Source: a virus
Lineage: Duplodnaviria; Heunggongvirae; Uroviricota; Caudoviricetes
Direction: 5' to 3' (one strand)
Length of the DNA: 64,000 nucleotides
IMG/VR virus record: IMGVR_UViG_3300037466_002980
Span: 128,001-192,000 of that record
Shown here one piece after another: positions 29,461 to 38,495 of this stretch (the stretch's first letter is position 1; every line of letters starts with the position of its first letter). Below the pieces are notes generated by a model. The model was not told the origin of the DNA. It saw only the letters and a list, made by a program, of their open reading frames with translations, and ran no database searches. Made by a program: the position numbers and the translations under genes.

Positions 29461-29464
29461 TGAA

Positions 29465-29551
29465 AGTAACCATAGAAGGAATCGAACCTTCCCTCCGACA
29501 TTTGGTATCGCTACCAAGTGGTCAGTTAACCCCAGTTATTACGGTATTACT
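29465..29551 (-). ncRNA. tRNA-like RNA with elongated anticodon arm, no CCA
   Basis: T arm GAAGG-TTCGATT-CCTTC; anticodon arm ends in TTGGTA-GCGA-TACCAA. Confidence 0.55.
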
Positions 29552-29586
29552 CATACGATAAATTTTAAAATATTTTATCTTGATTG

Positions 29587-29904
29587 TCAAGAACCATGCT
29601 TAAACAAGTTCCATCGTTTAAAGAATGACCTTTCTCGTTTTTCATAAACAGGTCTGGTGCAAATCGCGCTCAATCCCATATCGTTATCTGGTTCATGAAA
29701 AATGTAAAAATCGATTCCTCTTAAATCTAATTCATCAGCGATGTTCTTAAGATCGTGCTCATTTTCGGCCGAAAGAAGAACTAAATTCGAAATATGATCG
29801 TTTTTAAATCTTTTCCCAGCTTCATAACAAGCATGACCTATCTGAACAATCTTCTGTTCATTAGAAATATCTTTTCTAATGAAAGTATAGATGTAGGATT
29901 CCAT
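29587..29904 (-). CDS. Pth2-like peptidyl-tRNA hydrolase family protein
   Basis: YTFIRKD, VQIGHA, NLVLL, FHEPD, SAICTRP; TAATG overlap. Confidence 0.65.
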   Translation of the reverse strand: MESYIYTFIRKDISNEQKIVQIGHACYEAGKRFKNDHISNLVLLSAENEHDLKNIADELDLRGIDFYIFHEPDNDMGLSAICTRPVYEKRERSFFKRWNLFKHGS

Positions 29905-30230
29905 TAGAGTTCCTTTCCCCAATGCATGCCTTGACAAATTTCTTTTGCTAATGCTAAGACTTTTTCCTTATCTTCTTCATCAATCCAACTCATTACTGTC
30001 GAATACTTAACATGAAGTAAGGCATAATATGCAGAGGAATAGGCATATTGCCCATTATTGAGCTTTTTCTGATTTGTAATTGGAATAAAAGATTTGCGAA
30101 GGCGCGAAATACAACCTTCTTTACCTTGTTCCTTAACAAGGGCTCTATAAATGCATAGAGCAGCAATATCTTCTTTAGTAATCAATCTCTTGGCAGCAAG
30201 TGCCTTCCAGTTTTGACGAATATCTTTCAT
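29904..30230 (-). CDS. Hypothetical protein
   Basis: Start trimmed to MKDIRQNW after an AAGGA SD. Confidence 0.65.
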   Translation of the reverse strand: MKDIRQNWKALAAKRLITKEDIAALCIYRALVKEQGKEGCISRLRKSFIPITNQKKLNNGQYAYSSAYYALLHVKYSTVMSWIDEEDKEKVLALAKEICQGMHWGKEL

Positions 30231-30318
30231 AATATCTCTTCCTTTAAAAAAATTTAAGTTTCTACAAAATTGCAATGCGAAAATTCTCTTAAATTTCTTA
30301 AGAAGAGTCAAAATAAAC

Positions 30319-30546
30319 CTACATCATAGTGTTTTTCTCCTGTTTGCTTTTGTTAATTTCATCAAATGTATTTTTAACCTGAACTAATGCCAATAAAAAA
30401 TCTTTTTCAGACAATGTATCGACTATTTCGTTTATTGAAATATGATCTATATTAAATGCATACAATTTCCGAAAATTACGTAAAAGAGAGGGATTATGAA
30501 GTCCAAGGATCATCAAATCTTCTTTTAGCTTTTCACGGTTATCCAT
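30319..30546 (-). CDS. Hypothetical protein
   Basis: 75 aa ORF. Confidence 0.5.
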   Translation of the reverse strand: MDNREKLKEDLMILGLHNPSLLRNFRKLYAFNIDHISINEIVDTLSEKDFLLALVQVKNTFDEINKSKQEKNTMM

Positions 30547-30637
30547 AATATATTTATGAATTACGTAGAACCTTCGGTTTCAAAGACTGCTGTGCATATA
30601 CATTATTATACGTAATTCATAAACATATTCATGTTTA

Positions 30638-30735
30638 TGGTAGTGATTTAAAACAGTAAGATTTGAACTTACACACCCTAATAAGGCATCCTGCCGGAAT
30701 GCGTCATACCTATTGCGCCATGTTTTATCAACTAC
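30638..30735 (-). ncRNA. tRNA-like RNA with doubled acceptor stem and truncated anticodon arm
   Basis: D loop with GG, T arm GTAAG-TTCAAAT-CTTAC, outer stem ending CTACCA. Confidence 0.55.
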
Positions 30736-30775
30736 AGAACAAAGTATAAAAGATCTTAATCAGATTTGCAAGTGA

Positions 30776-31630
30776 TTAAAGAATCTCCAAAGATGTTCCA
30801 CATTCGGCACAGAATTTGGCGGTTGCCTTATTAATGTGTCCACACGTGATACATTTTTGTTTTGTTTTCACTGTTACCGCTTCGGCTACCTTCTTTTCTC
30901 CACGATATCCTGTCAATCGAAGAATCATTACATTCGATGTTGTTTCGGCATTAAAACCATATACTTCAGTAAATTTTTGTTCCACTTTAGATCCAGGAAC
31001 AGTAATTCCTGTATCATTCATCGGAATAGATTCTGCCGAATACTTAGCATCGGATAGACTTGCATTAGCAGATAAAGAGGCACTCTTTACTTCAGATGTT
31101 GCATTCATTCCGCGAAGCACGGAACGCGATTTTTCTGAGCTCAATGTCCCTGAAAAATCATCTGATGATGCTATCGCATTCCAAGATCCATAATACGGAC
31201 CTTGATTCCAGTACCAATCTTTCCATGGATAATTGTAATGATAATTGTAATATACATCCTTATAAACTGGCTTTTCTTTTTCAAACCAATATTCGATGCG
31301 AACTACACCATCATCGACTTTAATACCACGTGGCCCATTTTCAATTGCTTCTGTTCTTTCAATGAATTTAAATGCATTTCCTTCTTCCATATTTCCTTTC
31401 TTTAGGAATCTTTTAATTTCTGTGGAAGAATTAGCATCAACAACAATATGTTCTCCGTCAAGTACATCAGTACCATCAATTTGAAGAGAAAATTTCACAC
31501 GTCTGCTATTAAGATTTTTAACAAAGATTGTAAATTCACTTCCAAAGGGAAGTGTTACAATATCTTTATTTTCACGGAGAATTTTGCCGTTATGTTTAAT
31601 GGCAATTGCCAGTTGGTTTGAATACATCAT
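30776..31630 (-). CDS. Hypothetical protein with C-terminal zinc ribbon
   Basis: LPFGSEF...IDGTDV...CITCG...FCAECGT. Confidence 0.75.
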   Translation of the reverse strand: MMYSNQLAIAIKHNGKILRENKDIVTLPFGSEFTIFVKNLNSRRVKFSLQIDGTDVLDGEHIVVDANSSTEIKRFLKKGNMEEGNAFKFIERTEAIENGPRGIKVDDGVVRIEYWFEKEKPVYKDVYYNYHYNYPWKDWYWNQGPYYGSWNAIASSDDFSGTLSSEKSRSVLRGMNATSEVKSASLSANASLSDAKYSAESIPMNDTGITVPGSKVEQKFTEVYGFNAETTSNVMILRLTGYRGEKKVAEAVTVKTKQKCITCGHINKATAKFCAECGTSLEIL

Positions 31631-31727
31631 GTTTTCCTTTCTTACAGATGTCGGACTACACATCTCAATAAAAAGTTAAAGTCCTATAGGTGCCCACTAA
31701 TTGGGCAGTTTTATTTATCACATGTAA

Positions 31728-31756
31728 AGTATAGTGTTAAAATTTACATTTGTCAA
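31728..31756 (-). promoter_or_regulatory. sigma70-type promoter
   Basis: TTGACA-17 nt-TATACT. Confidence 0.75.
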
Positions 31757-31782
31757 ACTTTGAATTTTTAATAAATATATGA

Positions 31783-32445
31783 ATGAGAGCACATGAATTT
31801 ATCAATGAAGATTGGAAACAAAATTTAGCCAGCATCGGTACAGGCGCTGCATTGGCGTTTGGTGGAACTAATGGAATAAATCAAAAAGAAGTTGTTCCTA
31901 TTGCACCAAAACAGGTATCAACTAAACCTACCGTGACAGATAATTCTAATCCTGCGTCAATTTTAAAAAAATTCGCTCTTAAGGCTGGTATAACCGGTAA
32001 GGAATTATCAGCATTAATGTCCCAAGCGGCACATGAAACTTTAGATTTTACCAGAATGATCGAACATGGTTCTAAATCATATTTCCAGAAATATGAAACT
32101 CCAAAAATGGCTAAAGTCTTGGGAAACACAGATAAGAAAGGTAACGTTATTCACGGTGCTGGTGAAAAATTTAAGGGTAGAAGTTTTCTTCAAATCACCG
32201 GAAAATATAATTACGAGTTGATCGGTAAAGAACTAGGTATTCCGTTGGGAGAACATCCAGAAATGCTCGAAGATCCGAAAATCGGAGCAATGGCATCAAT
32301 TTGGTATTGGAAGCATAGAGTAGCACCGAAAATTAATAATTTCGGCGATATAAGAAAAGTAACATATCAGATTAATCCTGGTTTGGCAGGTCTTGCTTCT
32401 AGAGAGAAAAAATTTCAAGCATATAATAATTCAAGAGACTTATAA
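31783..32445 (+). CDS. Glycoside hydrolase family 19 (chitinase/lysozyme-like) protein
   Basis: MSQAAHET, FKGRSFLQITGKYNY, WYW, VT-x2-INPG. Confidence 0.85.
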   Translation: MRAHEFINEDWKQNLASIGTGAALAFGGTNGINQKEVVPIAPKQVSTKPTVTDNSNPASILKKFALKAGITGKELSALMSQAAHETLDFTRMIEHGSKSYFQKYETPKMAKVLGNTDKKGNVIHGAGEKFKGRSFLQITGKYNYELIGKELGIPLGEHPEMLEDPKIGAMASIWYWKHRVAPKINNFGDIRKVTYQINPGLAGLASREKKFQAYNNSRDL

Positions 32446-32469
32446 AAATAGGACCCGAAGGTCCTATTT
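32444..32469. terminator. Terminator at the end of the tmRNA coding piece (also after GH19 gene)
   Basis: Minus strand AAATAGGAC-CTTCGG-GTCCTATTTTT with a UUCG loop. Confidence 0.85.
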
Positions 32470-32638
32470 GGTTATTGAGTAATAAGGTTACCAACCCCAC
32501 TTCACTTCATCACTGTTTAAGCAGCGAGAGCGAAGACAGCGTCATTTGCTGCGTTTATAGTTTTGCTTGATTTACGATCATCGCCTATCGTGTTGTCCAT
32601 TCCCTTACTATTGACCCTGTCGAAACCTTGACTGGCCC
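32470..32638 (-). ncRNA. ssrA: tmRNA coding piece (two-piece permuted tmRNA)
   Basis: 5' GGGCCAG...GGTTTCGAC; tag frame 32552-32517 encodes AANDAVFALAA*. Confidence 0.9.
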
Positions 32639-32639
32639 A

Positions 32640-32837
32640 TCATAAGAAAATTTGATCACCTTGTTTATCACAAAGCATTGTGTAAAAATCCCCAGGTCCG
32701 CCTACATATTTAAACATCCACATGCCCTGATTTGCTTCTCGTTCGGTACGAACTAAGATAATCTTTTCAGTAAACTTAGCACCTTGCAATACAGGTAATA
32801 TGTCTCCGGTCTGGGTTTTTACATAAATCTTCATCAA
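32640..32837 (-). CDS. 65 aa ORF filling the tmRNA intervening segment
   Basis: AAGGA SD right after the CCA; stop lies 1 nt before the coding-piece 5' end. Confidence 0.55.
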   Translation of the reverse strand: MMKIYVKTQTGDILPVLQGAKFTEKIILVRTEREANQGMWMFKYVGGPGDFYTMLCDKQGDQIFL

Positions 32838-32846
32838 ACTTCCTTA

Positions 32847-32910
32847 TGGTGGACCAGGCGGGAGTCGAACCCGCGTCCAGAACCCGTTTCTGTTCACTTC
32901 ATACAACAAT
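32847..32910 (-). ncRNA. ssrA: tmRNA acceptor piece
   Basis: GGAC-GCGGG-TTCGACT-CCCGC-CTGGTCC-ACCA; pairs with GGGCCAG to give G3:U70. Confidence 0.9.
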
Positions 32911-32929
32911 AATTTTTATTATATATTAC

Positions 32930-33598
32930 TTACCATAATAAATCAAAATTACCACGCATCACCTTTTCAACACTAGATGATTTTCCGCTGTTATGATCTT
33001 TAACCATATCATCTTGAAAACGATAGGTTCTTATTTTATCACCTCGCATACCAGATCCAACCTGTTCTTTTCTTATTGCGGTAAGCTCCTTAACTTTTTC
33101 ATATCTATCTTCTAATATTAATCTTTCGATTAATGAACTTTTAGCATCGTCGAGGCTATTTGTTCTAGATCTACTTTGAGAAACTGAAACCTTGCCAGTC
33201 GGTATATGAGTAATACGACAGGAATTTTGATGTTTGTTTCTATGTTGTCCGCCGGCACCAGTTCCACTAAACCATTCAATCTTAAAATCCTCATCTTTAA
33301 TTTCAAGACATTGAATTTCTGGATCAATTACAGCCACGGTAACAGTACTGGTATGAACTCGACCTTTTCGTTCGGTTGGTGGAATGCGCTGAATTCTATG
33401 TCCTCCGCATTCATTATTAAGCATAATTAAATCATTACCACGAACTTCAATAAAAATTTCTCCGGGTACCTGTTTAATTATACGATTAATTCAGCCAACT
33501 CTATCAAAATGTTTTTGATATGCTCTAGCCAGGTCGGCTGCGAATAATTTGCTATCCTCACCACCTTCGGCCGCACGAATTTCAATAATTCTCTTCAT
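32930..33598 (-). CDS. prfA: RF1-type class I release factor lacking domain 1, with in-frame TGA at codon 36
   Basis: AGGAG SD and ATG at 33598; IEIRAAEGGEDS, TGA at 33493-33491, then same frame HRIQRIPPTE, VHTST, GAGGQH, KIRTY. Confidence 0.85.
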
Positions 33599-33639
33599 TG
33601 CAATCTCCTAAGGTTAAAAATTGATTATATGTTATTTCT

Positions 33640-33912
33640 TTATTTTGTGCAAGTGTTCAGAGCAGAACGAAGTTTTTCTTCATAACCTAGATGATTTAAT
33701 CTATCTGCTAGAAGCGCCTGAACCTTAGTTCTCACATCTTCTTCTGTAGTTAAACTATCAAAGTTATCTTTAGGTTGTTCGGGTTCTGCAACACTACATG
33801 GTTTTTCAATTGGAACTTCCACTCTTTGTGTTTCTACCTTAACACCGGGTGGGGTGGTAGCACACGCAGTAAGAAAAAATGCCATTAGAAGGAGAATACT
33901 ATTTTTTACCAT
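33640..33912 (-). CDS. o-spanin-like lipoprotein
   Basis: Lipobox LTAC, Pro-rich, overlaps the upstream TM coiled-coil gene. Confidence 0.75.
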   Translation of the reverse strand: MVKNSILLLMAFFLTACATTPPGVKVETQRVEVPIEKPCSVAEPEQPKDNFDSLTTEEDVRTKVQALLADRLNHLGYEEKLRSALNTCTK

Positions 33913-34306
33913 TTCTTATAATCTCCTCATTTATCAGGTCATTTGCAGAAATGCATTTATCAGAACTTGTTGGTTTAGAACGTAGAATTTCATCTGCCCG
34001 ATTCTTATAATTCTGGGCAGTTTTCTGTGCATTGGCTAATTCGGTCTGATGAGCTTTAATTCTGGTCTCGTTTTCTTTCTTCATCCTATCAATTGATTGA
34101 TTTTGTTCGTCAACAGATCTTTGAAGTGTTTTTATTGATGTATTCGATGTTTCTAAATTTACTTTCATCTGTGCAACGGTTGCTTCTAATTCTTTATTAT
34201 CTGCCTTGAGCATTTTAATTCTAACAGATTGAAAGCCAACAATTGCTACCACAATCAAGAGTAAAACAACATCTTTATATTTTATTAATAGTGATAGAAA
34301 TCCCAT
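33899..34306 (-). CDS. i-spanin-like protein
   Basis: N-terminal TM, coiled coil, C-terminal Cys. Confidence 0.7.
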   Translation of the reverse strand: MGFLSLLIKYKDVVLLLIVVAIVGFQSVRIKMLKADNKELEATVAQMKVNLETSNTSIKTLQRSVDEQNQSIDRMKKENETRIKAHQTELANAQKTAQNYKNRADEILRSKPTSSDKCISANDLINEEIIRNGKK

Positions 34307-34335
34307 AATTATCTCCGTACTTTATTTATCGTTAT

Positions 34336-34794
34336 TTATTCGTATAGATCAAAACTACAGAAAGCATTCGCTTCGCTTGTATCACTGACTATCCAATCTG
34401 AAGTTAATTTAAAACCAGTTGCCTGATATATCGACCATGCTGTTTTCTTTGGGAAGGACCAAACTGATAAAAATTCATGTTCTCTTCCAATATAAATTGC
34501 TTCTTTCAATAACAATACACCAATACCTTTTCCACGATATTCTTCTTCAACCCAGAGACCTCGAGATCTTAACGTATTATCAGTGCATTCATGAACACTA
34601 TTTACTCCCACTAATTGATCATCAATAAAACACCCATAACACCAAAGTTGACACTCAAAATTATTACCATCATATTGTCCCGGAAAGCCTAACATTGCAC
34701 TTCGACTTGTAATTTCTGTCTCGCGTTCCTTCCATAATTTTTCTCTCCAGAAGGGAAATATAGTTTCATAATCAATTGCTTTAAATTCTATCAT
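34336..34794 (-). CDS. GNAT acetyltransferase
   Basis: LWVEEEYRGKGIG acetyl-CoA motif, YQATGF. Confidence 0.85.
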   Translation of the reverse strand: MIEFKAIDYETIFPFWREKLWKERETEITSRSAMLGFPGQYDGNNFECQLWCYGCFIDDQLVGVNSVHECTDNTLRSRGLWVEEEYRGKGIGVLLLKEAIYIGREHEFLSVWSFPKKTAWSIYQATGFKLTSDWIVSDTSEANAFCSFDLYE

Positions 34795-34832
34795 GAGATA
34801 TTTATCGATTAAAATTCTGGCAACTTAAAATC

Positions 34833-34867
34833 AAAAAAAAAGACTATGGAGAAAACCCCATAGTCTT
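34833..34867 (-). terminator. Intrinsic terminator after tRNA-Arg(ACG)
   Basis: AAGACTATGG...CCATAGTCTTTTTTTTT on the minus strand. Confidence 0.8.
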
Positions 34868-34872
34868 AAAAT

Positions 34873-34948
34873 TGGCACCGCCTGGAGGAATCGAACCCAT
34901 CATTCCGGCGTTCGTAGCACCGTGTATTATCCATTATACGAAGGCGGC
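34873..34948 (-). tRNA. tRNA-Arg(ACG)
   Basis: CGGTG-CTACGAA-CGCCG, GCCA. Confidence 0.9.
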
Positions 34949-35071
34949 CTTAATAATTTAAAATTATCGTAATAAAAATTTATACGATCTGTATGGCTCT
35001 AATTAGTTATATTGGAAGTATTTACTCTTTTTAGGTAAAAACTCCCAAATAATTCAACTTTTACAACAAGA

Positions 35072-35929
35072 CTAATCTTTAAAATTAGGCTGTCGTCCTT
35101 GTCCACTCGGAATACAAATACCTTCTATTTTTCCAAAATATTGTGGAAAAAATTCTTGATGTTCAAAAACAAATTGTTCATAGAAATCTTCTATCTCATT
35201 TAAGTTAGAAGCTAACTCTTTATAATTCTTAGAAAGTTTGTTAAACGGAACATTTGCAATATATTTGGGTATTCCAGAAAATATATTTCGAAGATTAGCA
35301 ACATTATTTTGAAATTGTTCATAATAGATTGTTGGAATATTCGGAAATAAAGTTTTAATGATATTCTGTGTTTCTACATATTCCTCAAGTCTCAATGAGA
35401 TTTTTTCAACAGGTATTTCTACTCTTTCTGTTTTATATATAGGATTATGATTTTTATCCTGTAATACAGGATTATGAAAATTTCCAGTTTCCTCGGCAAA
35501 ATGTAATGATAAGACTGAAGTTAAAACATCAGCTCTATCTAATCTAATAAATTGAATATCTTTAATACCATTAATAATTTTAACCGCAGATGGTATATCT
35601 GGTTTGAAGGCTCTAAGATAAATGCCTGCTATTCCATAACGATCTTCATTCGAAAGATCATTTAACCAATCAACTCGTTTTTTCGCTTCATCTAATTTCT
35701 CATTAATTTCTTTTTTAACTATAGATGTTTTTTCATATTCAATATATTCGAAACCCGTAAATGGTTCTCTTTTTAGTTTGTAATTACTTACATTTGATAT
35801 TGGATTGAAGAGTTCGCCGAAATTTAATCTGTCAGTTACTTCTGAAATATAATGACGTACAACATGACTTCCAGATCTCGGTTGAAATATCAATCCAATA
35901 TGCTTTTTAGGTTGAATTTCTGCTTTCAT
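35072..35929 (-). CDS. Sulfotransferase-like protein (Stf0-like)
   Basis: PRSGS 5'-PSB loop, ELFN, R-x7-S 3'-PB motif, IYYE. Confidence 0.65.
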   Translation of the reverse strand: MKAEIQPKKHIGLIFQPRSGSHVVRHYISEVTDRLNFGELFNPISNVSNYKLKREPFTGFEYIEYEKTSIVKKEINEKLDEAKKRVDWLNDLSNEDRYGIAGIYLRAFKPDIPSAVKIINGIKDIQFIRLDRADVLTSVLSLHFAEETGNFHNPVLQDKNHNPIYKTERVEIPVEKISLRLEEYVETQNIIKTLFPNIPTIYYEQFQNNVANLRNIFSGIPKYIANVPFNKLSKNYKELASNLNEIEDFYEQFVFEHQEFFPQYFGKIEGICIPSGQGRQPNFKD

Positions 35930-35930
35930 T

Positions 35931-37526
35931 TTATATGATACAATAACAATTTCCTGGTTTGACGGTGGTACAATGCGAACCTACGTTGCAGGTGCCCGGG
36001 CATGCAAGGCCGCAATTGGTAAGCAATTCGACACCAACTAACGGATCGGTACTCGGAAGTGCAGTTTGATCAAACGTTGAACTTCCAACAATAACTGTTA
36101 ATGTATTATCAATCGTACTTCCATCGAGCATATATGTTTTATATTGAATTGTATATAAATCATAGCCATTCGCACCAATTGGTTCTTCTGTAGGCATTAA
36201 TGTTAGGACACTAAAATCATCTATTGCAAAACTTGGAAGTGGTGCTAAAAATTCGTAAGATTTAACCAATTCTCTTCTAAAAAGTGTCAGTGGTTTCTTT
36301 TCTCCAACTAAGACCAGGACTGTCAAATCTATAGGATATACTCGAATATTTGTATTTCTTTCATTTTGAAAGGTACAGATACTATTATTAGATGAAGAAT
36401 ATCTAGGATCAGATAAATTTAATAGACCTGTTCTATCAGCCCTAAGTACCCAACTTAAATCAATTAATCCATTTATGTCAGATGTAAATGATGGAGATTC
36501 TCCAGTCGGTGTTGCCCAACGGGTTTGATTATAGACAACTGATGCAGAATAAATTGCAGTAGCAACTGAAGTTCCAGCAATATATCCATATGTTCCGCCG
36601 GGTTTCGCTGCCCATATTTTTTCACCCGGTGCCCATGTATCTAAAATACCTTCATTTACAGAAGATTGTGTTAAACTAGTGATAGTTGGATCGGTATAAT
36701 TCGAGAAATTAGAGGGTAGAAAATTTTGATCATAAGATCCAACAGTTATTACTTCTTTCATTGCTGCTGGAGTAACATCCCCAATCGGTATTCCCGAATT
36801 TCCAGATGCAGCAAGAACAACCGCACCTTGTTCAATTAAAAATCGAATCTTATTTTCAATATAATAATTTCTTTCGATAGCCCAACTCAAATTAATAGCA
36901 GCGAAATTTGGCGATGTCAACATATCTGCAAGTATGGCGTCAAATGCTGCCAATAAATCACTTTGTCTTGTGGGTTGATTTTTATCGAAAATCTTAACAA
37001 CCTTTAAATTTGTTGCTGTTATTCCACATGTCTTACCAGCAATGACACTAGCAAGACTAGTTCCGTGCCCTGTTGAATCTGAAAATTCTCCAGTAAAAGA
37101 ATATAGAGTATCAATACTTACACCGTCAAATTCTGGATGAGTTAAATCAATACCACTATCTACCAAATACACAGAAGTATATTCGCCAAATATCGGAACG
37201 TCTGCTGTTTTAGCTGACAAATCAATATAACGTATTGAATAATCTTTCCACCAATTCTTATCATCGGCTATAACAATTGTTTCTGTTCTTGTTGGTGTAG
37301 CCGGTGGTACTGGAATTATATCCAGAAGTTTTAATGTAGATGCATCGTCGTTGATTACAGATTCAACAAGACCTTCTTTTATTAATGGTTGTGTGGTGGA
37401 TTGCACATGATATACCTTTGTAAAGTTATCAAAGGATTTTATAATCGTGCAGTTATTTGCAGAGAGATAATCGTTTATCTCTTTTTCTGTTGCTGTATCA
37501 AAAAAATCTATCAAGTAATTTGTCAT
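35931..37526 (-). CDS. Subtilisin-like (S8) serine protease with Cys-rich C-terminal tail
   Basis: VDSG, HGT, ASGN, GTS catalytic motifs. Confidence 0.9.
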   Translation of the reverse strand: MTNYLIDFFDTATEKEINDYLSANNCTIIKSFDNFTKVYHVQSTTQPLIKEGLVESVINDDASTLKLLDIIPVPPATPTRTETIVIADDKNWWKDYSIRYIDLSAKTADVPIFGEYTSVYLVDSGIDLTHPEFDGVSIDTLYSFTGEFSDSTGHGTSLASVIAGKTCGITATNLKVVKIFDKNQPTRQSDLLAAFDAILADMLTSPNFAAINLSWAIERNYYIENKIRFLIEQGAVVLAASGNSGIPIGDVTPAAMKEVITVGSYDQNFLPSNFSNYTDPTITSLTQSSVNEGILDTWAPGEKIWAAKPGGTYGYIAGTSVATAIYSASVVYNQTRWATPTGESPSFTSDINGLIDLSWVLRADRTGLLNLSDPRYSSSNNSICTFQNERNTNIRVYPIDLTVLVLVGEKKPLTLFRRELVKSYEFLAPLPSFAIDDFSVLTLMPTEEPIGANGYDLYTIQYKTYMLDGSTIDNTLTVIVGSSTFDQTALPSTDPLVGVELLTNCGLACPGTCNVGSHCTTVKPGNCYCII

Positions 37527-37532
37527 GTTTTA

Positions 37533-38495
37533 TTAACTCTCCTGGGGTTCGAGCACACCGGTAATTGGATTCGATAAAATATATTTAGTTATTCTACTAT
37601 GTTTATCTTTTAAATTGTTTCTATAAGGGTGCCGAAATAAGATATCAAATGTTCGTTTACTAGGACGATTGGCATATAAAAGCCTATCCATAGCAGTAAT
37701 TCTTTCGTTAAATTTTGGATTGTCATAATATTCTTTTAGAACTTCAAATCCTGTTAGTTTCTTTGGTTGTGCAATTACCGGAAATCCTGCTAATTTATAA
37801 TAATTAGGTGTAGAATAACCAGATGTAATTTTATGAAGTTCAAATAAAGGAATAAAGGAATAAGCGAGCACCGGATCATGCAAGAAGAAAAAAGGAATTA
37901 TTGTTCGAGTATCGTTGGTAATTGATTCAGAATATCTCTGTAGACCCAAATGGGTATTGGTAACACCCGGATCTCGAAAAATATAATTTCCACTAAAAAG
38001 TATAGTTCCTTTTTGTATAACTTCAGTCATTTTAATATGAGTGCAAATTTGTGGTGAATCACAATCATAGGTATTTGCTATATCTGATAGATTATTTTCA
38101 AGAAACGAAATAACATCAAACTCTTTATATTCAACCTTAATTTTATGCAATTCACTAAATTGATGTAATTCGATTAAATCGTGTTCATTAAACCAAATTC
38201 CATTTGACACATATTTTATCGATACTACATTAAACGGAATCCCCGATAGATGCCAACTCCATATCATTGCCTGACTATCTACACCACCGCTGCAGAATAA
38301 TGTATATGGTGGTGGACAGGATTTTTCAATTGTATGAATTGCTGATATCGAAGCCTCTAGTGGCTGAGTTTCTTCATTAGAAATCTTATGACTAGAAAGA
38401 TCGATGTGTAATATCGAATTATCTATTGACCATTCGTCTTGTAATTCCGATCCCCATCCGTATTTAATCCAATTATCGACACCAAAGGTCTTCAT
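37533..38495 (-). CDS. PP-loop (asparagine synthase C-terminal-like) adenylating enzyme
   Basis: SGGVDS motif. Confidence 0.65.
   Translation of the reverse strand: MKTFGVDNWIKYGWGSELQDEWSIDNSILHIDLSSHKISNEETQPLEASISAIHTIEKSCPPPYTLFCSGGVDSQAMIWSWHLSGIPFNVVSIKYVSNGIWFNEHDLIELHQFSELHKIKVEYKEFDVISFLENNLSDIANTYDCDSPQICTHIKMTEVIQKGTILFSGNYIFRDPGVTNTHLGLQRYSESITNDTRTIIPFFFLHDPVLAYSFIPLFELHKITSGYSTPNYYKLAGFPVIAQPKKLTGFEVLKEYYDNPKFNERITAMDRLLYANRPSKRTFDILFRHPYRNNLKDKHSRITKYILSNPITGVLEPQES

Noticed and set aside
33480-33500. prfB-style +1 frameshift
   Set aside because: The segments before and after the TGA are in the same frame, there is no CTT-TGA slippery site, and the protein has PxT rather than SPF.
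32930-33598. Genome-wide UGA recoding (code 4 or 25)
   Set aside because: TGA terminates many genes with ATGA overlaps, and no clear TCA-anticodon tRNA was found.
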